Source: Mesotaenium endlicherianum
Taxonomy: Eukaryota
Direction: 5' to 3'
DNA: 47,223 bases
Assembly (NCBI GenBank): GCA_009602735.1
Contig: WELA01001098.1
Coordinates: forward strand, 70,975 to 118,197
This document shows, piece after piece, positions 1 to 26,909 of this stretch (the first letter of the stretch is position 1; every line of letters begins with the position of its first letter). Position numbers and translations under genes: made by a program. The notes below the pieces were generated by a model, which searched no databases, was not told where the DNA came from, and saw only the letters and a list, made by a program, of their open reading frames with translations.

Positions 1-611
1 CGCCTTTCCCCCTCCCCTCTCGCCCCCCCTTTGCTGACGTGAGCATCCACCTACTGCCAGCTGGCACGAGCTGGTACGAGTATTGCACTCTCTTGTCTTC
101 CTGACATTAGCATCCTCGTGCATCGTGTCCGATCGTGAGTGTGTGGCTCTGCTAGTGAAGCCAACGCTTGGTGCGTGAAGGTTCAGTGCAGGCTTTCTGC
201 ATATTGGCCAATTGCAACGCTGCTCGTCTCTGCGCCAAGGCCAAGGAGGCAATAGCTGAAATAAGGGCGCTGACAAACCAGCGCTTTATTTTCCAGCTAT
301 GAATGTGTGCGTTAGTTCTGCTCACTTGTTGCACTTGGCGCACATAGTTCTGTACATTCGTTTCGCGCACGCAAGCAGTTCTTGCTCGGGACATCGATGT
401 CACCTGGCATGTGTACTCTATGCCAGCTGCCCTGACAGTCTTATAAAGTATTTCACAATGAGAAACGGGAACGCGAAATGAGATGCGCATATAACGCACA
501 TACATGTACATTAACGTTTTACAGGTGTATCACATGCACGAAAACACTCGCATACATGACAAGCACTCCTGCTCACTTCTTACACTGTTTGATGATCTAC
601 TCTTCGTGCAG

Positions 612-2368
612 CCGGTGAGAGCGTCCCAGTGCTACCCCGGAACTCTCGACGCCGCCCAAGTCAACGGCAAGATCGTGATCTGCAACATGGGCGGAAATCA
701 CGCCGTCGAGAAGGGGCAGGCCGTGCTGGACGCGGGCGGCAGGGGCATGATCCTCGTCAACGAGATGTCTGACGCGCGGAGCATGGCGTGGGACTTCCAC
801 AGGCTGCCAGCTGTCAACGTGGACTACTACAGCGGGCAGGCCATCATCGAGTACGCCAACACCGAGCGCCTGTAAGGAGACACCTGTCGCCAACCTGCAT
901 ACCCTAGCTCAATCTGCCTCCATGCATGCGTGAGTGAGTGGGTGGGTATGACAGATGTGCAAGTGTGTATACTCGACACACACACGCACGTGCGCACGCA
1001 TTCGTTGCGTATGAAACTGATGTTTGCTTGTGTTTGTGTGTGGTTTTGGGTATCTTGTGCATGCATTGCGTGTGAGTATGCGGCAAATTTGACCTCGTGC
1101 TCACATTTAAGATCTAGTGTGTATCTACATGTCCGTACATAGATATGTGCGTCCTACGCATATAGACGTTGATTGCATGCATGCAACAAGCTGAGCTGTA
1201 GAGGTACTTCTTTGAATTTACAGCTGTGAAGGTAGATCTGAACGTGTGTATACATGTGTGCCTACTTGCAGCACAGAACATATCTACAATGCATGAACAA
1301 TGAATCTGTTCAATACTAGGAAAATTCATCGGTGTCATTATTGTTAAACCACAAGTCTTCGCCACACCCCCCTCCTTGCCACCCCCCCCCCCCTCCCAGA
1401 GTGGCAGCTTGCGCACACCTTGTTCACTTCAAGTATTAAGCTAGCCCCTCCTTACGTGGCCTTACAAGGGTTGTGACACCTGGCACGTGGGTATTTGCAG
1501 GCCCAAGGCGAGCATCGCGGAAGTGGCGACGAGCTACGGCGGGCGTGCGCCCATGATCGACGGGACGTCGACACGTGGCCCCATCACGAGCTCGCGCAAC
1601 AGCGGCCTTAACTACGTGCTCAAGCCCGACCTGGCGGCGCCAGGTGTCGAGATCTGGGGCGCGTGGACGGGCGACCAGACACTGCGCGGCGCGCCCATGA
1701 CGTCCAACGTGCTCTCAGGGACCTCCCAGGCGGCGCCACATGTCGCCGGCGCGGCCGCTCTCGTGCGCCAGGCGCACCCCGGGTGGAGCGCATTCGCCGT
1801 TAAGTCAGCACTTATGACGTCCGCACGCTCAAACGATAGGGGGGGGGATAGAATCCGAGTGCAACCAGAGTCGCCGATAGCTCTTGCCACGCCCTTTGCG
1901 ATGGGGTCTGGCTTCCTTGACCCTGCACAAGCCCTTGACCCCGGGCTCGTCTTTGAGAGCACGCGCGAGGAAATGGTGCAGTTCCTTCTGGGCGTCGATC
2001 CCGTTGGAACGCACGCCAATCTCTACGTGCCACCTGGCGTGGAGCCCATCTCGCCGAGAAACCTGAACCTGCCAAATGTCGCGCTCACGGGCCTGGACGG
2101 CAATGGCTACACTGCGCAGATCACGCGCGTTGTCAAATCCGTTTCAACAGTCACAGAGACCTACACGGCCCAGGCGTATGCGCCACCTGGCACCGCGGTG
2201 ACGGTGACGCCAAGGACGTTCACGATCGCGCCAGGTGGCAGAGTGACGTATGTCATCGGCATTCAGCGCAGCCCTGGAGGAACAGCTGGCGCGTGGAGCC
2301 ACGGGTGGACGACATTTGTGAGCGCCAACCACAACGTGCACCAGACCATGTCTGTCTACATCTCATAG
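612..2368 (+). CDS. Plant-type subtilisin-like serine protease (S8A), 3' portion; exons 612-871 and 1501-2368; no upstream exons recognised in this window
   Basis: Exon 612-871 (tgcag| ... CT|gtaag) encodes a PA domain (CYPGTLDAAQVNGKIVIC...AGGRGMILVN). It joins in phase 2 to exon 1501-2368 (ttgcag|G), which encodes STRGP, LKPDLAAPGVEIWGAW, catalytic Ser motif LSGTSQAAPHVAGAAALV, HPGWSAFAVKSALMTSA, PFAMGSG, ALDPGLVF, NLNLPN and an Fn3-like C-terminus; TAG at 2366-2368. Confidence 0.93.
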
Positions 2369-2637
2369 ATTGCCGGGATCTCCAATTTGTTCCAAGGTTT
2401 TGTCCCAGTTAAATTCAGTCTATTCATTATTTTTTCAATTAATATTACTAGATTGTAAGTTGTGCGCCAGACGATGTCTATCTGCATCCCTTAGATTGCC
2501 GCGATCTCCAATTTGTTCCAAGGTTTTGTCCCAGTTGTATCGACGCACTGCAGGTTGGCAACAATTTGAGTTCATTTAATTCATTATTTTTTTTAATATT
2601 TATTAATTTATATTTTTAGATTGTAATTTTGTGCGCT
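2342..2637 (+). repeat. ~126-bp imperfect tandem duplication covering the subtilase stop codon and start of the 3' UTR
   Basis: tagattgccgggatctccaatttgttccaaggttttgtcccagtt (2366-2410) recurs with one mismatch at ~2492-2536. The flanking ATGTCT..CATC and attcattattttttt...tagattgtaa.ttgtgcgc segments also recur. Confidence 0.85.
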
Positions 2638-5600
2638 ATCGGGCGTTATGTATTGTGTAGGTGTAACTAGCTTCATGTAGGATTGTACATTCATAGGTGG
2701 TGTGGTCCATAGGTGAAAGATGGAGTTGGACTATGCCTCATACTTTTAGAGGGAGGCAAGGCTATGACTTACAGGCTACGAGAGGTTAGAAAATGTGCTG
2801 TATCACTACCCTACATGAGTATTTTTTGAGTTCTCTTAAGTAACTAACATGCGCCGCTTTTTCCTCTGAGTAATGTCTCCGTATATAAGCTCTTATCCGA
2901 ACGTGTATGTTTTGCAAGCTAGGTCACCAAAATCTCATAAGCTGCTGTAACTTGCAAGGGTGTTGCACAAAGCGTCTCAAGCATGGCAGACATACGTCAC
3001 AAGCTTGGGAGGTGCAACCGATGAAGATTTACATATAGTTGCTAGACACTTACTTTTAGAATATGCAACAAATGCCTTATAGCTGAAAAGTTATCATTTT
3101 GAAACTACTCTCAAAGGTCAACAATTGTGCCAAGAGCAAGTTTTGAGGACTTTGCATTATAAATGGGTCATTGACCATCAAAAAGTCTTAAATACCATGC
3201 ATGCGTCGTGAAAAAGTGTTGTTCAAACCACGCTGGTCAACCCTGCTATCCGCCATTTGTCGTCAAATGTGTCCAAGTCTTACAGGCCAATCCGCTCGAG
3301 CAAATGTTGCCAATTATTGACCCACCAACGACAATTTCAAGGCAAGTTCAAAATTGTTTCACAAAGGTTCCATGTCAAGCAAGTGAAAAAAAATAACTTG
3401 TTTACGCATGCACTTCAAGTTATGTTCTTCCTCAGGGAGGAAGCATGTTCCCATTGTTGACCCGTCGTTTTGTTGCGATCAACTTGGATCGAGAAATAAA
3501 AAATATGACCTATATATTTTAGAATCTGAATACCTTGAGTCTTGGCGAGTGCAACCCTAATAATCACTACCTTGTGGTTAGCACTTCAAGACTCACATGA
3601 AAATGCGGCCTGGATCGGGCAAGGGTTCCTACGCAATCAATAGTGATTGTCTGCAAAGTGCGCTACAATTTACACATGGAACCAAATTTGAGGGGAACCC
3701 AGATGATATTGCTTTGTATTCATTTCACAAGTTGATGCCAACTATTTTCATAACACCTTGTGAGAGCGAGTGGTGGAAATAAAAAACGGTCACTTATAGG
3801 TCATATAATAAAATAACAAGTAGCGATATATGAAAGTACAAGATCACCAACAATTTAAACATGGTAAGATTACTTGCACCACGTTTGCCAACAGTTCAAC
3901 AAGAGGTATGATGAGGATTTTTATCGTTTTTATACTTGTTCTTTATTGGTGTGCTCTATTTAACATGCAAAACAAATTTGTTCTCGAACTTCAAGTAGTT
4001 GTCCTCGATAATATACTCTTGAAAGTCGTGTTCTAAAGCAAAACGCTAGTAGCGACGCGCTGTCCACAAACAAACGAACATTGAGCTTCCCAAGCTGTAC
4101 TCTGTGAAAGATTGTACTTTTGTACCCTGAAATTTTCAGCCACATCATTGAATAAGTTAATATATGTGAATAATGAATACGTGAAGTGATCACATTAAAA
4201 AAAGTAATGTATGGCGTTTTACACTACTTTAAGACGCATATCACAGTCAATCAATGTGTGAGCCTTGCAAATAAGTGACGTCTAGCAAACAAACAAGTTT
4301 GATTGTTGGAGCTCGTCAATGACTTGTGGGACTTGTAAAGACCATAGGAGTATCAAGATTTTTTGCATATGCAAGTTTAAAAACTACTGGCTGCCACTTT
4401 GTACAAAAAGCACATATACGTATACCATAGAAACCAATCCCATTTGGAATTTGAGATTTATGAAATCCGAAATTCGTCCACTTATGAGAATCACTCAGAT
4501 CAACATGGAATTGCTTTCATTGCTTCTTGCGTCGATCGATTGGAGGCGTTTCACCGTTTCTCAATTTTCAAGTGAACATATTGAGGTGTAAAAGCTACCC
4601 GTAATCTAAAAAATTGTCATGATGACAACCTTCTCTTAATGGATAGAATATTCAAATTGCAAGCATAATCCTGGCCAAAGTGTGTCTCTACAGCACAAGA
4701 ACTCGTTTTGCATGTTAGAAATATAAGACATAATTTGAGCTTATGACTGGGATTCTCACGGACTTCTCAATAAGCTCCTTGCACATAGACATGTGTAACA
4801 CAGGCTATTTGAAGCGCCTGCCCTAGATGCAAAACTGTTCCCGAGTCCTAGCTTTCTTATGCTCACCTTTGGCGAAATCAAAGTAACTTCTTGCTCGCAT
4901 ATAGTATTTCTTGTGTCTCTTATACTCCGTGAAATTGACTCCTTTGCGGACAAATAATTTGGTCCTCACGCTGCATCTCTCTCAATCTCTCTGGCTGGCG
5001 TGTTTTGAGGTCAAACACACGCTTGGGTTTGCATGCTTCAGTCGACCTCTTATCGGATTGACAACCGACTTCGAGGTCAACAGTGGCTGCATGACCACCG
5101 ATCAGTTAGAAATTCCTTTGGAGCTCAGCTGGAGCTAGTCCAAATCGGCCAGGCAAGTTCCAAGGGTCTAAGACGCTCTAATATGTCTTAAGTATATCAA
5201 TATATCTTTGGTATATTTGATTTTTGTTCTACGCTTTATTTGCGAAAGAACATGCATAAGTGCATATCAAAATGAATTGGAAAATATACAATCGATCAAC
5301 AAAAATTGTCATGATATTGACAAGCGGGGTGAACTGACAATTTGACACAGTCAAATTGAAGTTTGAAAAGTGCAAAAAATTTGCACTTTTCACACGTGAT
5401 GCAGTTCAAAGTTCAACATGTATAATCCTAAGCATTGAAGTTACCCTTTTATTTCGAAGTAGCAAACAAAATAGAAGCAGCATAGAAATTAGCAGCTATG
5501 TTTTTACTATATAAGCAAACTAGAATAGCAGGTAGATTCATTGCAGTGCAAACACAAATAGTGCTGCAAGAGCCCACCCACCCGCCCTTCAAGATGCTCA

Positions 5601-5995
5601 TAATTAGATAGTATAATACAGAATGCTAAGATCCTGCAGTATTAGTAGACCAGTTACTAGAAGTACCACTCAAGTAAGAAATTAAGTATATGAGCATCTT
5701 ATTTTAAAGAGGATATCGTCAAATTACATTAGGATAACCCAGGATAAAACTAGGTCTAGAAATTAGTAGAATGTAGCGTCCAAATACCCCCACGCGCGCT
5801 CTCGAAGCACTTTGTAGATGATGCCTTTGATGGACCTGCATTATCTCTTATTCATGTCATTTGTTATGCAAATTTTATGCACAGTCAAAGGGACAGTTGT
5901 GCACTCATGGGACCAGGTGCTCTTCTTGCCCGGCGGAGGAGGGAAGCCAAGGGAACATGTTATTTGGCCGAGTCGCAACCCGCGAGTGGCTAGAT

Positions 5996-6778
5996 TCACA
6001 TTCTTTTAAAGGCTGGACTTTTGGCTCCGTCAAAGCTGCATAGACCACGAAGCGGGGGGGCACGTAGCATGTGTGTTTGCCGATGTATGCAGGTGAGGAA
6101 GTAGGAGCCAGCATGAAATTTTGGTGAATGCAGCACTGCTTGCCCCGTCACGTCAGAAGACGCACAACTCCCTCCTAGCGTTGGCCTAATGGGGAGAAGA
6201 ACGTAAGAACTCATCTGCATTGCATAATTGCTCACCGGTCGTCCGTGATCTTCCTCTCTTCTTTGGTACATCGCCGGGCTGCGCTCCAGATCTTGGTGGG
6301 CCTTGGACAGCTTTCTGTGCCGGTGACTATCGTCACAGATTAGTGGAGTCGTCAACCACCGGAAGAGGACATGGTTCTCGTGTTTTTTACTCTTAAGTCC
6401 TCTCAAGTCGCCAATCTTGAGTTTTACGGTCTCAAGGTTCTCCCTTAACTGGCTCAGAGAGAAGGAATATGCCACTGGCACAGAATAAGAGCACCTGGGT
6501 GGAACAAAAAAGGCCCTTATGCCCAGGTACTCAGGGGTAGATCCCAATGTCGGTGGAGCGCAGCAGAGCGTGTGAAAGAGACTCGTCCGTGAGAACGGCA
6601 TGATCTTGGCATGGTACTGCTCGTAGTTGATGAGCAACTTTCGGGGCATCATATGCAGAAGACTATTGACTACGGTCTTCTTGCATGTCGAGCAGCGAGC
6701 TCCGAGCATCAGAATCTGTGAGAGCCTGGTTGTTACACCTGGCAGTGGCGTCAGAGATAACGCCCCCTGATGTGCCAA
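5996..6778 (-). other. Unassigned 260-codon ORF (orphan gene fragment or decayed transposon), divergent from the TTM gene
   Basis: Longest non-repetitive ORF in the spacer; CxxC (CSTC) and coding-like codon use (AAC TAC GAG CAG TAC CAT GCC AAG ATC). No family securely recognised; no ATG at the ORF start. Confidence 0.25.
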
Positions 6779-7196
6779 GTCATGAGTTGGTGTAGCATCT
6801 TGAGGCTCTAGGAGTTTGATTCATTTTACAGGCCCAAGCGCTTCATCATTTCACCTTAATGCTGTAGAGGAAAGCGACAGGGGCAGATTTGGAAAGGGGC
6901 AAAGCGCGGCAGAGGGAGGCAATCGGGTACGATCTGACGCTACAGGGGGTACTACATAGTGCCAGCTGCCGCGTCAGCATAGAGGTCAAAGGGGGATTGG
7001 ACTCCCCTCCTGGAATAGAGCCTGTCAAAGTAACCCCTTGGAGGTCCCAAAGGGGGCTAGGGAAATAGCTCAGACTGGGGGAGGGATATTCAGATCACCG
7101 TTCGCCACAGCTCCAAGCCAGGACCCTTGGATTCAAAATCCAACGGTTGGAAAGGGGCCCAGTTGTGGATCTTGCATCAGTGGCCCCTTAGCTCTA

Positions 7197-7328
7197 AGGA
7201 ACTGATTGCCTCAAGGACTGACTGTCTCCCGAACCGACTGTCTCCAGGACTGACTGTCTCCAGAACCAACTGTCTCAAGAACCGACCGACTGTCTCATAC
7301 TCTGACCATCTCGAGGAACGACTGTCAA
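7197..7328 (+). repeat. 16-bp-period tandem repeat (~8 units) with five perfect TGTCTC cores
   Basis: TGTCTC at 7223, 7239, 7255, 7271 and 7291; degenerate cores TGCCTC 7207, CATCTC 7307, TGTCAA 7323. Confidence 0.85.
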
Positions 7329-7484
7329 TCTCCCCCCTCCTCTAGCGCAGTGGTCAGACCATCTCTCAGCCGGTGCCTTCTCCCAGGTCCCGGAGTGGGG
7401 ACCACAAGCAAGGCTCTTGTACTAGCAGCCAGGGAGAGTCTGCAGTAGCAAAGAGACGCCCCTGGGGGATACAGGTGGGGGGAA

Positions 7485-21099
<13,615 letters not shown>

Positions 21100-22323
21100 C
21101 AAGTGTCGCTTTGCTTGAAGGTGGTGTATTGGGACAGAAAAGGGGGGGGGGAAGGTGGAGTGGGGTTTGCCGATGAGTGATCACTATATTTGACAAGTTT
21201 CTGTACTTGGAACATCTATAAGGCGAGTTTAAGTCAAGAGGGAGGCTGAAGGTCGGGTTTGGTGGGAGGCAAGGTCTTCAGTGAAGACTGGAGGAGTGGG
21301 GAAGTGGATGGGGTACTAAGAGGGGTTGGGAGGTGAGGGACAGATGGGATATCAGATCGTAACGACATTCACGCAGTTATATTTGTGTGACTAAGATTTT
21401 TTCCACTTCTGCTCCTGCGGAGGATCAAAGACTTTGTTGCAGAGGGGTTGAAGGTTTCTCACAGTTAGCGTTGATCGACAAGAGAATGTGGGAAGTTGGG
21501 GCAAGGCCATTGTTGACAAGGGGTTTCAATTGGGTAAAATGGTGCGGAGCGGTCCGTCAGTGATTGGCCGTCTGATAGGTGAAGGTGTAACATGTGGATG
21601 TTGTGCGTAGGGATTTTTTTATGAGTTGGAGACAGCCACGGCAACCCAACAACATGAAGCTGCATTTTAGATTTGATGAGAATCAATCTCGACGTGGACA
21701 CATGGAATGGTTTTGCTTCTAGTTTGTTGGCAGCCCAAAGTTTATTCATGATTTTAGGGCGTATTATATTTGTACATTCTCTTTGCACCGTGGCAGTCTA
21801 CAGCAGCCTCGTCTGTTGACAATGCGGGAGCCAAGGGGAACGCGCGTTTGTGCAGAACCAGTCTGTGGTGAAGCTGCCTGCATGTAGTAGCATATCATCA
21901 CCAACATACTGATGCACAGCTATGCAATTCTATATGAAACTTGTTCACCTCCCATGCCACGTGAGGCCTCAGATTTGGAGCATTAGAGGTCCAGGACTCA
22001 GAACTCCCCAGCCCAGGTGTTGTTCTGTTCAAACCGGGAAAAAGCAGATGAATGTGCTGCTGTGCAGCTTTTGTGGGTCGGCCGGAGTGGGTCGCAGAGC
22101 TTCTGTCCTACGACTTTGTCTAGTCCTGCTTGTACTATCTGGGCCACTTGCCAGGCATGAGACAGCACCAGGACTGCTGCAAGACTAGGAATGTGGCTTA
22201 TAAAAAGAATTTAGCATGAATTATGCGTGGAGTTTGAGCATCAGGCTTGGTGCTCCTTACTGTTCAGGAGGGTACCAGACATTTATCTGCACCTTCTATT
22301 TCAATCTTATACAGAGAAGGCTC

Positions 22324-24008
22324 CTAAGTTGGCAAAGGTCCTGCTAAAGAAGGGCTTCTTGGTGAAAGGATCACAAAGAAGGTAATCTCCAGCAGGAGGG
22401 TGGCAATGAAGGTACTTATGATGGTCAGCCCAATTTTGGAACTGCTTGTTTCCCTTACCTTCACTAGATAGGATAAACTTGTCATCCATGGCCTCTGTAA
22501 GGCCCTGTCCAGAAGTTGCTTGAACAGAACTCTCAGCTTAGCACCAGCAGAGCCACCACCTTCTTGACGATGACATTTGCCATGAAATAAAACTGCTCTT
22601 CCTCCGTAGTTCGAACCTTGCCCTTCTGGCAATTGCTCTGCTGACTGAGTTGACGGAGGTTGTTGAATATGCAGGATCCTTGGTGGTTGCTCTGTCGACT
22701 GAGTTGGCAGAGGTTGCTGCATCTCCATCTCCAGGCTTGATGCCAGCTGATTTTGTTGCTTGACAGACTCAGGCTGCATATGCACAACTTCAGTAGAGTT
22801 TGTTACAAACTGAACTTGCTGCTTAGAGGATCAGGTGCTCTCAAAAAAAACTGTCATAGCTGATGCTCTGATGATCAGGCTCGCAAGGGTATACATAAAA
22901 CAGATTGTAGCGGGCAGGGTATAATATGAGATGTTGCAACTTGCATTTGGTTGCAAGTGCAGACAATGCATTCATATCAAGTCCAATACGTAATTGAGGT
23001 CTGCATGACGCAAACTGCAGCTTGTCACGGCGGACTTACAAGGTTGAGCCCAACTTGCTGCCCGGTGGTGCAGCTAGAGTATGTATCTGGTGCCTCCAGG
23101 GTAGCCATACTAGTGCTGCCTGTGTCAGAATGGTCCGGGGATGCTGCATCTTGAGATCCCCCAGCACCAAGTGTGAAAGGGATCCCATTGCAGGGGTCAG
23201 GAGACGATCTCAAGCGTTGTATTTGGTGCTTTTCCCTCTGCTTTGGACAGCATGTTCTATAAAAGTTCTCAACTAGTATAAACTCAAACTTTCTATCTTT
23301 TTTTTGAGAGTCTGCAGCAAGCTCCACCTTTTCTGGCGCTTCTCCATTCATCGCCGTCTGCAGTGCAAGCCCCGGAGTTCAGAGGTGCTTTCAAGCCCAC
23401 TGAAGAAAGATAATCTTTCCCTTGCTCTTCTGGGGAGATGCTTTTCTGTCATTTATAGCAATCGGCCAATTAGAAAAGAATGCGGCAGCAATTTTTCTTA
23501 CAAAAACTATTTTGCATGAATGAACTCCAGTACAAGTGGGAAGTAAATCTCTTACTTTTCAAAGCATGGGAAGTCATTGTTCTGGACTATCTGTTTCTTT
23601 CATAAAAATTAAGGTATACCCGTTTGCCACTTATGCATGAGCAAAATATATATGCTTGCAGGATATAATATTTTCTTCAACTATACATTCTGCGTTAAGA
23701 CCTCCGAATTCACATTAGTTTGAAAACTCTACACAGAGAGCATTTACCTTCCCTCCAGATAAAGTCTTCTTTTCACTGCAGGCAGATGCTAGTGCTACAG
23801 ACGCAACATGCTTCTTTTGTCCATTTCCTATCATTGATGTTAGACCACCTGCTTGCCGTGATTGTGTCACGGGACGCTTGATAGTATTGCTAGTTCGTCC
23901 TCCGCTGGTTGTTGTAGATGCTACCTTGCTGGCAGTTGACGTTCGAGCTCCTGGAGTAACTGGAAAGATCTCTCTGTCGGGAACTTCACCTTTCCTCGTC
24001 ATGTTGGC
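22324..24008 (-). other. Possible low-complexity orphan multi-exon gene or pseudogene between TTM and ABC1K7
   Basis: Minus-strand ORF segments with splice-like ends: tttgatag|CCAACATG (MTRKGEVPDREIFPVTPGART...GGK)|gtaaat near 24008-23748; ...CTT|gtaagt near 23040; internal peptide repeat QQPLPTQSTEQ/QQPPSTQSAEQ (22630-22720). I could not build a clean in-frame model. Confidence 0.2.
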
Positions 24009-25332
24009 TATCAAATGTCGAGAAAACAATTAATGCAGGGTTTTGGACAGCAGAAGACCATGCAGGAACGGCATTAAGGAGAAAATGACCTTCATCTGAC
24101 CTGACGCATGAGATGTTTGATGTGTAGCCTCACAGACTTTGATGTGCCTTGATGAGTAAGCAAGGCGTCATTCCGATGCTGTGTCGGTTCGCGTATCGCG
24201 ATCGCGAAGTGCTTCAATGCGGGAGAGAAATTTGACAGCTTCAGAGTTCACGCGTGCGTTTACTAGCTGCATGTACCTGCTGCTTCTAGGCTCTTAAGGG
24301 GTTGCTATGTGATCTATGTGATCCCTGCTTCTGCTTTACTCAAAGTCGTCCTCGAGCCAAGAAGAGGCCATGCAATGCATGTCGCTGGAATAATGCTCGC
24401 AATAGCACATTTTCCCTGATTAGTGCTCTGCTGTGCTGCTCAATGACACTTGCGGAAGGTCTCTCACGCGATTGTTACGAAGTGTAAGCAGCCTTTGGAG
24501 AGGACGGTTGCTGCGTTATAATTGTGATGGTGACGTTTTCGTGATTTGGTTGTGCAAGTGAAAGTTCTTCGATCAATTCAAACTTTGACAGGTCCGCTGG
24601 ACATTCTTACGGGTGAATGCTAAGCAAAATATGACCCTAGTCTTACAGGGAGCACTAGAAAGTGTCACCAAACGTACTCAAGTGCTTCAATCTTGCAGAT
24701 ACATGGTCTACATTGCAGCTAACTCATGAGGGCAGCGTGTTTGAATAACATAATGTGGGGGAAAAAAAAATCAAATGGTTTTTTGCAACAAGCATGTTAC
24801 AGCTTGCAGCAAACCCCTCACAGTAAATAAACACATAATTATATAATTGAAGAAGGAGATCAGGATTGCTGTGCACAAATACTTGATGTATGCATCCAGC
24901 CGATCCAAGATCCACACGACTTATCACTACCTTCAGCAGGTCAAGCGACAATGACACATAAGTTTCTGCTCAAGGGGCCAAGGATCTTCTTCTAGAACTC
25001 AAGAGCAATATGATCATATTCACATACAAACCCCAACAAGTAGTCGGTCAGCACAATTGCAGTTCCAGTTGTGAAATACCATGCTACTCAAAAAGAATGT
25101 TGAAGAATGTTGCAAAACATCAGTCTCACAATACTTGGCTAAAGGCTCCTCCAAGGCCTCACCTTCATTGCCTATAGGGCACAGAACATTACAGCATATG
25201 TACACAAATTCTCCCTCTGGCTCACCCCAGGGCCCAGATCCTCCTCGACGCAATGGAATGTTTCTAAGTAAGACTACAAACGTAGCCGCCTGTGCTTTGT
25301 CTGAGCGTATTCCGGCGAATCTAAGAAGCAAC

Positions 25333-25411
25333 CTGATCTGTAAGATGCGAACGGCTGATAGTATCGAGCGATCTGATCTGTAAGGTGCAGACAACTGATA
25401 GTATCAAGCGA
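25333..25411 (+). repeat. ~40-bp tandem duplication just downstream of the ABC1K7 stop codon
   Basis: ctgatctgtaagatgcgaacggctgatagtatcgagcga followed by ctgatctgtaaggtgcagacaactgatagtatcaagcga. Confidence 0.7.
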
Positions 25412-25512
25412 CCCACATAGAGGGCTCGCAAGACACCAGCACCAGGAGGCTACATGTTTCTATGCATGACGGACTTTTACGTGCATTTTCTTCTCATGGC
25501 CAATGGTAGTCA

Positions 25513-26872
25513 CTATAGCATCTTCTCGAATTTGTCCAAGTTGGCAATCCGCCTCGTCTGGAAAAGGATGAAGACAGCGAAAGCACCTGCACATGCGTAG
25601 CTCACACAACCATGCGACGATGTTTGGGCCACACGAGACTACACGCATTTGTACCCACAAGTACAAGTTGCTGCAGGACTTAAGTGTCCCCTTCTTCCTC
25701 CCCCTCCCCCTCCCTTTTCACTCGCAGAAACATCGTTGCAAATAAGATACTGCAGATTTACACGCAGTAGAAAGGTACACAAGCAGGAAAAATATGTGTC
25801 ACCATTCTCCAAAATGTAGGAGCAAGGACCGGAGCAATAGTTATGGAGCAAAAAAAGAAAGAGGGGGGAGAAGGGGGGGGAGGGGNGGGAAGAGAGAGAT
25901 TTACCAGCGAGAACAAAACACGCTGTGGCGGGTCCCCCAACGCCATTAGTCGTGAGCGTGACACCCGCATTGAGCAGCGTGCCGGCTGCCACTGTGTTGA
26001 TGGTCATTGCCTGCACCACACCCGCTCGCCTCGCCGCCCGCTCCGCCTGCAAGCACCACCAGGCGCATGTGCGCGCCACATGGCACAAAGCACACCATGT
26101 CACAACATTATCAAAAACTGTCGCCCCCGTCGTCGTCATTGACATTGCTCTTATCGTCATTATCACGGCAATCATCAACGTCATCGCCACTGGCATTTGT
26201 GTTGCTCACATAAAGCACCGCAAACGCCGCTTCCACGAGTAGAAACTTGCGGCGTGTGGGCATCAAGTGGCGTCAGCCCTCATCAAAATTCTGAACAGCC
26301 TATGCCTATGGCCAGCAGACAACGCTTTTAGAGCAACCAAACGTGCCTGGCCAGCAACGTGGCTAAGGCCACCCACCGCCCCCGCCCAAGGCAGCAGCAC
26401 GAACCTCTCAGCCAAACGGCAGAAGCTCTCCCATTCTCGTGTGACTGAAGACCCACACCAATGCGCAAAACCCCGAGCAAGCAGCATACCCACAGCACGA
26501 ACAGGCAGTTTTTGAAACATCTCTCAACCACAAGGCTGCAGGCAAGCCAGCTCTCGTGCGAACGCGACCCAGGCTCAGGCAGCAGCAGATGCAGCAGCAG
26601 CAGCAGCAGCGCGCGCACCTCGAGGACGCGCACGCGCAGCTTCAGGTCCCCCGCCTCCAGCTGCTGCAGCAGTGCGTCCATGCGCGCAATCCTCTGGGGC
26701 ATGGCCACTGCCGCGTCTCGCACCTGCTCGCCCCCCCCGCCCCCCCCGCCCCCCCCCGTNNNNNNNNNNNNNNNNNNNNNNNNNNNNNNNNNNNNNNNNN
26801 NNNNNNNNNNNNNNNNNNNNNCCCCCGTCCGCCAAAAAAAAGTCACGCACGGGACACTTATGTGTGCATGTC

Positions 26873-26909
<37 letters not shown>

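Noticed and set aside
2650..5800. Decayed transposon in the AT-rich spacer
   Set aside because: Only short ORFs; no recognisable transposase or RT motifs, or terminal repeats, by eye.
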